Assembly: GCA_041671365.1 (NCBI GenBank)
Contig: JBAZBP010000001.1
Coordinates: 453,518-517,517, forward strand
Length of the DNA: 64,000 nucleotides
Direction of reading: 5' to 3'
From: Patescibacteria group bacterium
Lineage (GTDB): Bacteria; Patescibacteriota; Patescibacteriia; Patescibacteriales; UBA12465
In this document: positions 37,315-45,971 of the stretch, one piece after another
Numbering within the stretch: the stretch's first letter is position 1
Layout of the letters: each line of letters opens with the position of its first letter
The notes under the pieces: model-generated
What the model saw: the letters and a program-made list of their open reading frames with translations, nothing else
Told to the model about the DNA's origin: nothing
Database searches by the model: none
Translations under genes and position numbers: made by a program

Positions 37315-37400
37315 ACAGCCAACTGCGCTACCGCTGCGCTACCCGGGAATATTTAATTGTCTTAAAAAACAAAATATTTCTATAGAAATATTTACTAATA

Positions 37401-37428
37401 TAATACCAGATTACCGTATTATGTCAAC
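37401..37428 (-). promoter_or_regulatory. candidate sigma-70-type promoter for the tRNA-Asn gene
   Basis: Minus strand TTGACA (37428-23), a 16-nt spacer, then TATTAT (37406-01), about 50 nt upstream of tRNA position 1. Confidence 0.4.
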
Positions 37429-37469
37429 CTTAAATTATAATCTAATTTCAATCAATGTTTACCGGTATT

Positions 37470-38747
37470 CTAATAATCCCTCAACTTCTCCAATCCCTTG
37501 AATTTTCTAATCTTTTCAAGGGCCTTGGACTCAATCTGACGGATACGTTCACGTGTTACTTCGAACTCCTGTCCGACTTCTTCCAGGGTATGAGCCACGC
37601 CGTCAACCAAACCAAATCTCATTTCTAAAATTTTCTGTTCGCGTGGCGACAATTGCGCCACAATACCTTTAACGTAATCCTTTAATAACTGTAAAGCCGC
37701 CGCTCGATCCGGTGTCACGTTTTTAACATCTTCAATAAAATCTTCTAGCGTTGAGTCTTCTCCGTCATCACCAATAGTTGTCTCTAAGGAAATAGTATCC
37801 TGAGAAATTTTCATAATATAACGAACTTTTTCTAAAGTCTCTTTCATCTCAGAAGCAATCTCGTCGGCCAAGGGTTCCCGCCCGAGCTCTTGAATTAAAT
37901 TGCGCTGTACTTGCTGAAATTTATTAATATTCTCCACCATATGAACCGGAATACGAATTGTTCGCGATTGATCGGCCAAGGCCCGCGTAATCGCCTGACG
38001 AATCCACCAAGTCGCATAAGTCGAGAATTTATAACCCTTTCGATACTCAAACTTCTCTACTGCCCGAAATAGGCCGATATTTCCCTCTTGTATTAAATCC
38101 AATAAACTCATGCCTTTAGCTCCGGCAAATTTTTTAGCGATTGAAACTACTAAACGCAAATTTGCTTCAATAATTTTTTTCTCCGCCTCTTTATCGCCCT
38201 TTTCTTTGCGTTTAGCCAACTCGACCTCTTCTTCACCATTCAAAAGCGGAACCTTGCCGATTTCTTTTAAATACATCTGAATAGAATCAGCGCTTAATTT
38301 TGATAAATCAATATTTAAAGCATTCTGCCGTGTTAAAGCCTTGCCGGTTAACGGCGGCTCGGCCGCTTTCTTCTCGGCCGTATCTAAAATTCGTCCGGAA
38401 TCCTCCATAACGCGTACGCCGTTTTTCTGCAAATCACCCAAAAACACGTCATAATCATAAACATACTCTTCTACTTCCGGAAATAAATACAAAAGCTCGG
38501 TTTCCGTAATAAAACCGCGCAAACGTCCTTTATCAATTAATTTTTTCATCTGCTCCGGGCTGGGCTTAACGACAACATGGGGCGCTCGATCGGAAGACGC
38601 CGCCTTATTTTTCTTAATATGCTTAGCAGGCAAATTTTTCTTTATTTTTTTCGATTTGACTTTAACTGATTTTTTAGAAAAATTTTTCTGTTTCTTCGTC
38701 TTTGGGACGCTTGGTTTTTTGATTTTTTTCACCTTATTTTTAGGCAT
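37470..38747 (-). CDS. rpoD: RNA polymerase sigma-70 factor
   Basis: Region 2 [13 protein letters not shown], region 4 [24 protein letters not shown], and a Lys-rich N-terminal extension. Confidence 0.95.
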   Translation of the reverse strand: MPKNKVKKIKKPSVPKTKKQKNFSKKSVKVKSKKIKKNLPAKHIKKNKAASSDRAPHVVVKPSPEQMKKLIDKGRLRGFITETELLYLFPEVEEYVYDYDVFLGDLQKNGVRVMEDSGRILDTAEKKAAEPPLTGKALTRQNALNIDLSKLSADSIQMYLKEIGKVPLLNGEEEVELAKRKEKGDKEAEKKIIEANLRLVVSIAKKFAGAKGMSLLDLIQEGNIGLFRAVEKFEYRKGYKFSTYATWWIRQAITRALADQSRTIRIPVHMVENINKFQQVQRNLIQELGREPLADEIASEMKETLEKVRYIMKISQDTISLETTIGDDGEDSTLEDFIEDVKNVTPDRAAALQLLKDYVKGIVAQLSPREQKILEMRFGLVDGVAHTLEEVGQEFEVTRERIRQIESKALEKIRKFKGLEKLRDY

Positions 38748-38750
38748 ATT

Positions 38751-40568
38751 TTAAGAAATAGTTAAATTTTTTAAATCATTCATGAGCATCTCCAACTCCT
38801 CTTTCCTTTTTTCTTTTTCCGCTAGCGCAATGGCTTTTTGCAGTTTTTTAATTTTTCCTTGTTTATTATATTTTTTTAATTCCAAAATTATATTCACTAC
38901 TTCTGTTTTAACCTGAGCGGCTTCATAATTATAAAAATTTTTTTCACCCAATAAAATCAATTTATCTAATAGCTTTTCCTCGCCTTCGCTCTCCTCTTTT
39001 AAATAAATTCTAAAATTTTCATAATCTAAAACCGCTACCTTATTATAATAGATTATAAAATCCTTGTAAAACTGAGAAAAAATCGGTGACTTCAGATCTT
39101 CCAGTTCTAGATTACTAATACTATAACTAATAAATTCCGGAAACTTAACCAGGAGTGATAATAGCAATTCAGCCAACTTATCCTCCCGGCTAGTTTCGGA
39201 AACAGAAAACTCGGGCTTAAGGGCTCGGTCTCTTTTTACTAATACGCTATTTTTAGTCCGCCACTTCAAAAATTCCTCACGAATATCCGTTTCAAAAAAT
39301 CCCAACTCTTCACTGATTTTTTTAAGCCAATAACCTTGTTCGGTCTTATTGACCACCAAATCAATCATAGTAAACATTTTATCGCGAATCTGTCGTTTAT
39401 TGTCAAAATTATCTAGATCTAAATTTAGGCTAACTTTTTCAAAATAATATTCCAACATCGGTTTAGCGTCTAAAATTGCCTGCCGAAACTTATCCGGTTT
39501 TTCCTGCAGGCATTCATCCGGATCTTTATAGCCAGTTAAAACAATTACTTTTAAATTTAATTCTTGCGCCAATACTTCTTTAATCCCCCGATCGGCAGCC
39601 AGTTGTCCAGCGTTGTCCATATCAAACAGCAAGGCAACGTTAGTGGTAAAGCGCTTCAGCAGGCTAATTTGCTCGGTAGTTAAGGCCGTACCGGAAGAAG
39701 CGACTATATTATTAAAACCATGTTGATGGCTGGAAATGGCGTCCATTTGACCTTCAACGACAATTGCTAGATCCTGCTGGCGGATAGCTGCCTTAGCTTT
39801 ATTTAAAGCGAACAAAACCCGACTTTTATCATAAACGGCGGTTTGCGGGCTATTAATATATTTCCCCATTTTTTCCGTCTTTTCTTTTTCCGGATTGACG
39901 CGAGCCGTAAAGGCAATAATATTATTATTAACATCCCAAATTGGAAACATTATCCGATCTCGAAAACGATCATAATAGCCGCTCCGCCGACCGACGGACG
40001 ATCCCTCTTGATTTTTCTTAATAATCAAACCGGCCGCAAAAATTTCTTCATCCGTATATTTTTTACCGCTCAACGGCCGACTTTTTAAAAAAACATATAA
40101 ATTATCCCAAGCGTCAGGGCTATAACCTAATTGCCAGCTCTTGATAGTATCCAAAGACAAGCCGCGCTTTAAAAGATAATTCAAAGAATTTTTTCCGGCT
40201 GGGGTCGACAAGAGATGAGCATAATATTTACCGCTAAGTTCTAAAATATCCAAAAGACGGTTACGTTCGGAATAACTTTCCGAACTGTCATAGCTTAGAA
40301 CTACTCCCGCTTTAGGAGCCAAGAGACGTAAAGCTTCAACAAAACTTAAACCCTCTTTTTCCATAACAAAAGTAAAAACATCGCCGCCGCGGCTGCAGCC
40401 GAAACAATGCCAAATTTGCTTATCGGGTGAAATTACAAAAGACGGGGTTTTTTCGTTATGAAAAGGACAAAGAGCTTGAAAATTTGCGCCCACCGCTTTT
40501 ACGGGAATATATTCCCTAATAACCTCCACAATGTCCAATTTAGATTTTATTTCTTCTGCTTGCCCCAT
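38751..40568 (-). CDS. dnaG: DNA primase
   Basis: Zinc finger CPFHNEKTPSF...CFGC, TOPRIM VVEGQMD...DMDNAG; immediately upstream of rpoD. Confidence 0.95.
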   Translation of the reverse strand: MGQAEEIKSKLDIVEVIREYIPVKAVGANFQALCPFHNEKTPSFVISPDKQIWHCFGCSRGGDVFTFVMEKEGLSFVEALRLLAPKAGVVLSYDSSESYSERNRLLDILELSGKYYAHLLSTPAGKNSLNYLLKRGLSLDTIKSWQLGYSPDAWDNLYVFLKSRPLSGKKYTDEEIFAAGLIIKKNQEGSSVGRRSGYYDRFRDRIMFPIWDVNNNIIAFTARVNPEKEKTEKMGKYINSPQTAVYDKSRVLFALNKAKAAIRQQDLAIVVEGQMDAISSHQHGFNNIVASSGTALTTEQISLLKRFTTNVALLFDMDNAGQLAADRGIKEVLAQELNLKVIVLTGYKDPDECLQEKPDKFRQAILDAKPMLEYYFEKVSLNLDLDNFDNKRQIRDKMFTMIDLVVNKTEQGYWLKKISEELGFFETDIREEFLKWRTKNSVLVKRDRALKPEFSVSETSREDKLAELLLSLLVKFPEFISYSISNLELEDLKSPIFSQFYKDFIIYYNKVAVLDYENFRIYLKEESEGEEKLLDKLILLGEKNFYNYEAAQVKTEVVNIILELKKYNKQGKIKKLQKAIALAEKEKRKEELEMLMNDLKNLTIS

Positions 40569-40572
40569 ACAA

Positions 40573-40956
40573 TTAAATCATAAAATTAGGCGTAGCTAAG
40601 CCCTTTAACCGCTCTATTTCGCGTTCCACGACTTCCCCGTCATATTCGGCATTATGACGGCTATAGCCGGCGTAACCCGGTTTTTTTTGATCCAAATGCA
40701 AATTAAAAATTACCGAATCTTGACCGGAGCTGTTCTTGGCCATAATAAAATAAATATGAAAACGAGGATAAAAATCCCGCGCCAAACGACGAACAAAACT
40801 CGCTTGACCGTCTTCTCGTTCCGGAATAAAAGTATAACCGGCGCTTCGTAACCAGATTTCCGGTGCTTGGCCTAATTGTTGTAAATTAAACGTTAGTTTC
40901 ATTTTTATTTGTTTTAAAAACAACAAATTTATAAATAATAAAATTCCAGACGGCAA
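40573..40956 (-). CDS. hypothetical protein (probable start at MKLTFNL, about 40902)
   Basis: ORF only. The N-terminal 18 codons overlap the GtrA gene and are probably not translated. Confidence 0.45.
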   Translation of the reverse strand: MPSGILLFINLLFLKQIKMKLTFNLQQLGQAPEIWLRSAGYTFIPEREDGQASFVRRLARDFYPRFHIYFIMAKNSSGQDSVIFNLHLDQKKPGYAGYSRHNAEYDGEVVEREIERLKGLATPNFMI

Positions 40957-41416
40957 TGACTAAATTAACGATAATCTGGGCAAAAAGATACCAAACATTA
41001 TACGTATTAACCAGTAAATGCATAAAAAAAGCATTTAAAACTAAACCAATGAAAGCATTAATTAGGTATAAAGATAATTGTTGAATCATTTGCCCGGGAT
41101 GATAATTACGAAAAGTCCAAAATTTCTGCAATGAAAAACTAACTAGAAAGGCTAAAATAAAAGCCAGGCTGGTCGAAAAAACAATATCTATTTTTAATAA
41201 ACTATGAAAAATAAACAATAAAAGCAAATCAATCCCGCCGGACAAACCACCGGCAAATATAAATTTAATAAAAGATTTACGATTATCGCAAAAAACATAA
41301 ACTCGCGGATAGTGCTGAGAAAAATAATTTCGAAATTTATTATACCAATCGGAAATTAGCGGCATATATTTAATATTTTCATATTTTGTCATCCCGAGCA
41401 TTCTCTCTCTTGTCAT
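40886..41416 (-). CDS. GtrA-like family membrane protein
   Basis: Four TM helices, FIKFIFAGGLSGGIDL and QKFWTFRN motifs typical of GtrA. The start is probably internal (MTKYEN.. or MPLISD..). Confidence 0.8.
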   Translation of the reverse strand: MTRERMLGMTKYENIKYMPLISDWYNKFRNYFSQHYPRVYVFCDNRKSFIKFIFAGGLSGGIDLLLLFIFHSLLKIDIVFSTSLAFILAFLVSFSLQKFWTFRNYHPGQMIQQLSLYLINAFIGLVLNAFFMHLLVNTYNVWYLFAQIIVNLVIAVWNFIIYKFVVFKTNKNETNV

Positions 41417-41435
41417 CCTGAACGTAGCGAATGAT

Positions 41436-42314
41436 TTAATTAATCTTATCCCAATTATAGCTGTTACGCGCCCAATTAACCAGTTGCTCGCTTTCTAAAA
41501 AACGTTCGTTTTTACTACTGCTATTTAAAACTACGGAAATTACTTCTGGGCCGCTGCTCCCCTGCAACAGGCCGACAAAACAATATCCGGCCGACTCCGT
41601 GTATCCGGTTTTACCGGCTAAAACTTTAATCGCACTGCTCGTCGTATCAAGTAAAAGATAGTCGGTCGACTCAATTTTTTTAGCTCGACCATCCAGAGTT
41701 ATGAAATTATATTCGGCCATAGTCGTGGCTTGCCTGATTTCTTTTCGACTAAACGCCGTCTGAGCCAAAAGGGCAACTTCCCGAGCTGTCGAGACATTAG
41801 AATTACTTAAACCGGTCGGTTCTTTAAAATAAGTACTAATTAAGCCCAAGTCTCTGGCTCGGCTATTCATTTTTTTTACAAACTCCGCCTCGCTCATTCC
41901 GGTCGCATGAACCAGGGCCATGGTTGCTCCGTTATCAGAAGCGACTAAACTGCTATAAAACAAATCTTTAACAGTTACTCGATCGCCTAGAAATAAATTT
42001 ATTTTCCCGCCTAGAACGTTATCAGTCTGATTAATTTTATAAACTTGATCCCAGCCGGGATTATTTTCTAAAAAAACTATCGCCGTCATGAGCTTAGAAA
42101 TACTGGCAATCGCTTGAATTTCGTCGGCCCGTTGAGTAAAAACAAAGAAATGGTCGGAAGCGACCAAAAGCGCCCCTTTTTCCGCGGCCAACTTAGTAAC
42201 GCCGGCCTCCGGTTTTAAAGTAACCAGTCTTCCGTCAATAAATACGAGAGCCGGCTGACGATTTAAGCCAAATCCTAAAATCACGATTAAATTAAGAATA
42301 ACGGTCCAAAACAT
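41436..42314 (-). CDS. D-alanyl-D-alanine carboxypeptidase (peptidase S11)
   Basis: SxxK (SISKLMT), SxN (SDN) and KTG (GKTGYT) penicillin-binding motifs; N-terminal anchor. Confidence 0.85.
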   Translation of the reverse strand: MFWTVILNLIVILGFGLNRQPALVFIDGRLVTLKPEAGVTKLAAEKGALLVASDHFFVFTQRADEIQAIASISKLMTAIVFLENNPGWDQVYKINQTDNVLGGKINLFLGDRVTVKDLFYSSLVASDNGATMALVHATGMSEAEFVKKMNSRARDLGLISTYFKEPTGLSNSNVSTAREVALLAQTAFSRKEIRQATTMAEYNFITLDGRAKKIESTDYLLLDTTSSAIKVLAGKTGYTESAGYCFVGLLQGSSGPEVISVVLNSSSKNERFLESEQLVNWARNSYNWDKIN

Positions 42315-42328
42315 GAATTTAAAATTAA

Positions 42329-42934
42329 TTATTCGCGCTCCGGAACGGCTAACGCTTGATTAATCGTCTCTGCTAAATGTAGCTTCTCATAATCCGGTAA
42401 AGCGGCCAGCTCATTCAGCCCGAGCCAGCGAATAAAATCATGAGTTACCGTATAACAATTCTCATTTTTAATTTTATCAAATTTTTCCTCGATCAAACCG
42501 CGCAGGAGCAGATTGCGGATAATTAGGCTGCAATTAATACCACGGATCCTTTCGATTTCCAGTTTAGTCAACGGACCGCGATAGGCGATAATTGTTAGGG
42601 CCTCCAGACTGGGCTGCGATAATTCTCCGCTGGTTTCATCTTTTAAAAATTCTTGAATAAGAGCGGTATTTTCACCGGACGTCGCAATCTGATATTGATT
42701 ATTATTTTTTATTAAGGTCAGACCGCGCTCATTATTTTGATAATCGAGTCCTAAATTTTTAAGTGCTTCTTCGACTTCTCCGGGTTTCGATTTCAGAAAA
42801 GAAGCTAGTTCTTTAACGGCTAAAGGTTTTAAGGAGACGAATAATAATGATTCCAATTGTGATTTTAATGACATATTTAAATTATTAAGTGTGCCGTGAA
42901 ATATGAATTTCACTGAAAAGCTCTTCTTGTTCAA
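42329..42934 (-). CDS. scpB: segregation and condensation protein B
   Basis: LESLLFVSLKPL...LEALTIIAYRGPLTKLEIERIRG is the ScpB winged-helix pattern. Probable start at MSLKSQ (42874). Confidence 0.9.
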   Translation of the reverse strand: MNKKSFSVKFIFHGTLNNLNMSLKSQLESLLFVSLKPLAVKELASFLKSKPGEVEEALKNLGLDYQNNERGLTLIKNNNQYQIATSGENTALIQEFLKDETSGELSQPSLEALTIIAYRGPLTKLEIERIRGINCSLIIRNLLLRGLIEEKFDKIKNENCYTVTHDFIRWLGLNELAALPDYEKLHLAETINQALAVPERE

Positions 42935-43604
42935 AAATTAATTCCTGTTGTTTAACGAGTTCCAGAACCGCCAAGAAATTAACAATCACTTCGGTTTTGG
43001 TAGCGGCGGCGGCCAATAGTTTGGAAAAGTTAACTCTAACTTTATTTATAATCATGGCTTTAATCAATAGAATCTTCTCGTCAATGCTAATTTTTGGCTC
43101 TAGGGTTTCTTCCGGTAATTTTGTTTCCTGCTGCTTGGCCAAATTAAATAAAATTTTTAAAAATTGTTGATGCAAAACCAGAGGGTTAATTTTAACAGGC
43201 GGAGAAAAAATCGGCAAACTAAATTGACCGCGGCGATTCTTGGTCAATGGCGGTAAATACAGCCACTTCTTTAAAGCAATTAAACTTTTAATTCGCCCGC
43301 TGGCCTCCACAAACTCCTTATACATTCGTAATTGCTTAGTTAAATCATCAATTTCCGCCTCATCTTCTATGGTCGATAAATAGGGCAAAAGCGCCTTAGA
43401 TTTAATATACAATAATTTAGCGGCTACCACTAAAAAATCCGCCAGCTCTTCCGGGTCGATATCTTTGGCGCCGCGGATATAATTAACGTATTCATCGGCA
43501 ATTTTCGCCAATGAAACTTCCGTAATATCCATTTCTTCGCTTTCAATCAGAGTCAAAAGCAAGCCTAAAGGCCCGGAAAATTTTTCAGTCGTAAAATCCA
43601 TCAT
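42885..43604 (-). CDS. scpA: segregation and condensation protein A
   Basis: FSGPLGLLLTLIESEEMDITEVSLAKIADEY is the kleisin N-terminus; followed by scpB. Confidence 0.9.
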   Translation of the reverse strand: MMDFTTEKFSGPLGLLLTLIESEEMDITEVSLAKIADEYVNYIRGAKDIDPEELADFLVVAAKLLYIKSKALLPYLSTIEDEAEIDDLTKQLRMYKEFVEASGRIKSLIALKKWLYLPPLTKNRRGQFSLPIFSPPVKINPLVLHQQFLKILFNLAKQQETKLPEETLEPKISIDEKILLIKAMIINKVRVNFSKLLAAAATKTEVIVNFLAVLELVKQQELIFEQEELFSEIHISRHT

Positions 43605-43606
43605 AA

Positions 43607-44533
43607 TTAATTTAACGATTTAACCGGTCCGACGACGGATAAATTACCATTTAAACACTGATAACCGGCCCGATGATTCTTGTTATCACTCCCGGGATAT
43701 GAAACCGGGAATGTATTATTGCTATCAACCATGCTGTCTAAACGGAAAGTGGTACATAATTCAAAACTTCGATCGCCGGTTTTTTTATAAACAATTGCTT
43801 CTTTGGTAGTCGGATCGACTAAGGTATTAACATCCAAATAAACGGTCGGGTCATTTTTTAGAGAATCAATATTGTCGGGCAATTTCTTATATCGCTCATA
43901 ATAACTGTTGACTGCACTCTCGAGACTATAAATATTATTGATTAAAGCCTGATCGAGACGACGAGCGCGAGTCACTTGCGGCGATTCTATAAAGAACCAG
44001 GAAGCAATAAAGGCCGCCAGAACCAGAGTGAGCGTCGCCCAGAAAAAAATTTTAACGACTTTATCGGCTCGCTCCGGATTAGGTCGCTTAATATCATAAA
44101 AATAAAAAGCGAATGGTAGAGCGGACAAAATAAATACCGTTAAAGCTTTCAAAATAAAACGCGAGCTTAACTCACCGGATAAAAAATTATTAATCACATT
44201 AATAAAAACTCCCAGAATTATCAAGGAAGAAACCAGCAGAATAAAATATGTTAACCAGCGGCGGATACCTGATTCTTTATCCAGTTCGCCGCGACGCAAG
44301 CCCTTAATAATTAAAGCGGAAATTAAATAAAAAATCGGCGTGGCAATCAATAGGGCGGAAATCGCAAATTTTAAAGCACTATCTATCGACCCGCCATAAC
44401 TATTAAGGATGTCGGGCATAGTCTTATCAATAATACTAAAAACCACCAGGCCGACAGAAATGGCGGTAAAAATGAGGGCCACTAATGATAAAAGATAATA
44501 AAAAGCGTATTTGGCGTTTTGCTTGTTGTTCAT
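43607..44533 (-). CDS. hypothetical multi-TM protein with an extracytoplasmic C-terminal domain (DUF5671-like)
   Basis: Five or six TM helices, then a pilin-like segment RARRLDQALINNIYSLESAVNSYYERYKKLPDNIDSL. Confidence 0.5.
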   Translation of the reverse strand: MNNKQNAKYAFYYLLSLVALIFTAISVGLVVFSIIDKTMPDILNSYGGSIDSALKFAISALLIATPIFYLISALIIKGLRRGELDKESGIRRWLTYFILLVSSLIILGVFINVINNFLSGELSSRFILKALTVFILSALPFAFYFYDIKRPNPERADKVVKIFFWATLTLVLAAFIASWFFIESPQVTRARRLDQALINNIYSLESAVNSYYERYKKLPDNIDSLKNDPTVYLDVNTLVDPTTKEAIVYKKTGDRSFELCTTFRLDSMVDSNNTFPVSYPGSDNKNHRAGYQCLNGNLSVVGPVKSLN

Positions 44534-44573
44534 ATAATTATTTATAAAAATTATTTATAAAATATTTACAAAC

Positions 44574-45961
44574 TTAAAACTCGGCATTTTTTGGTGTCCG
44601 CGAAAAAGGAATAACGTCGCGGATATTAGACATGCCGGAAATATACATAATTAACCGCTCAAATCCTAAACCAAAACCGGCGTGCTTAATCGAACCGTAT
44701 TTTCGTAAATCCAGATACCAGGCATAATCTTCTCTTTTCAGCCCCATCTCGGCCATTCTTTTTTCTAAATTTTCTAAACGCTCTTCTCTCTGGCTGCCGC
44801 CGATAATCTCTCCAATACCCGGTACCAATAAATCCATCGCGGCCACAGTTTTTCCGTCATCATTTAGACGCATATAAAAAGCTTTGATATCTTTGGGATA
44901 ATCGGTAACGAAAACCGGTTTTTGATAAACTTTATCGGTTAAATAACGCTCATGTTCAGTCTGTAAATCAATCCCCCATTTAACCGGATAAATAAATTTC
45001 TCCCCGGATTTAATCAGAATTTCTACCGCTTCCGTATAAGTAACGCGGCCGAACTCTGCGTCTAAAATATTATTTAAACGCTCGGAAATTCCCGGATCGA
45101 TAAATTTATTAAAAAATTCCATTTCTTCCGGCAATTCTTTAATGACATAAGCAATTAAATATTTCAACATTTTTTCCGCCAAATTCATATCATCATTCAA
45201 ATCTGCAAAAGCCATTTCCGGCTCCATCATCCAAAACTCGGAAGCGTGTCGCGTCGTATTGGAGTTCTCCGCTCGAAAAGTCGGGCCAAAAGTATAAACC
45301 TTGTTCAAACCCATTACTAAGGCTTCGGCATTTAACTGGCCACTAACGGTCAGACCGGCCTTCTTTCCAAAAAAATCTCGAGTATAATCTATTTCGCCTT
45401 TATCGTCTTTGGGAGGATTCTTTAAGTCTAAAGTACTAACCTGAAACATTTCTCCCGCGCCCTCACAATCACTGGTTGAAATAATCGGCGTATGAATATA
45501 GACAAAACTTTCATCGTAAAAAAATTATGAATCGCAAAACTAAGAACAGAACGAAGCCGAAAAACCGCGGAAAAAGTATTACTGCGACCCCGCAGATGAG
45601 CGATCGTTCTTAAAAATTCAAAACTATGTTTTTTCTTCTGCAAAGGATAATCGGCGGCGGCTAAATTTATAATGGTAATTTTTTGAGCTTTTAATTCAAA
45701 AGCTTGACCGGCAGCCGGCGATTCAACTAAAACTCCGGTTATTTCCAGAGATGAACCGACGCTAATTTTCTCCACTTCCGAAAAATTACTTAAATCGGCC
45801 GAAAACACAATTTGCAACCCTTTAAAAAATGAGCCGTCATTAATTTCAATAAAACCAAAATCCTTGGAACTGCGGGCGGTTCGAACCCAGCCAGAAACAA
45901 TAATTTCTTTATTTAAATATGATTGAGTTTCGCGATATAATTTTTTTATTGACGTATACAT
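44574..45961 (-). pseudogene. asnS: asparaginyl-tRNA synthetase interrupted by a 1-nt frameshift at a T7 (plus-strand A7) run
   Basis: ORF 45428-45961 holds the OB anticodon-binding domain up to ...AIHNFF. The -1 frame continues [32 protein letters not shown] into ORF 44574-45449, with class II motifs FRAENS and GFGLGFERL. The shift is at 45528-45534. Confidence 0.85.
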
Positions 45962-45971
45962 AAATATCTAA

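Larger units (their letters stand above)
36725..37348 (-). tRNA. tRNA-Asn(GUU), split by a group I intron between anticodon-loop positions 35 and 36; CCA not encoded
   Basis: Exon 1 (37348-37315) is TCCCGGG TA GCGC AGCGGTA GCGC A GTTGG CTGT. Exon 2 (36762-36725) is TAA CCAAT TGGTC GTCGG TTCGAAT CCGAC CCCGGGA G. Joined, they give a perfect cloverleaf with loop CTGTTAA and U1-A72/G73 as in bacterial tRNA-Asn. Confidence 0.85.

Noticed and set aside
36725-37348. Reading the split tRNA as tRNA-His(GUG), since exon 1 continues ...CTGTGAA
   Set aside because: That reading would place the splice sites after A or G and end the intron in A or T. This violates the group I rule that the exon ends in U and the intron ends in G. 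The gene also has U1-A72 and G73, not the G-1:C73 of tRNA-His. Only the CTGT|TAA junction (Asn GUU) satisfies all constraints.
37373-37394. Perfect 22-bp AT palindrome aaatatttcta/tagaaatattt between the tRNA promoter and tRNA position 1
   Set aside because: Pure A/T palindromes are common in AT-rich spacers. It could be a weak rpoD terminator or an operator, but nothing in the sequence discriminates between these. I noted it and did not call it.
41389-41425. Tandem-like motif gtcatcccgagc...gtcatcctgaacg (also catcctgaacg at about 24391), resembling short dispersed repeats seen in metagenomic genomes
   Set aside because: There are only two or three short, imperfect copies. They overlap the dubious 5' extension of the GtrA ORF, and the evidence is insufficient to call a repeat family.
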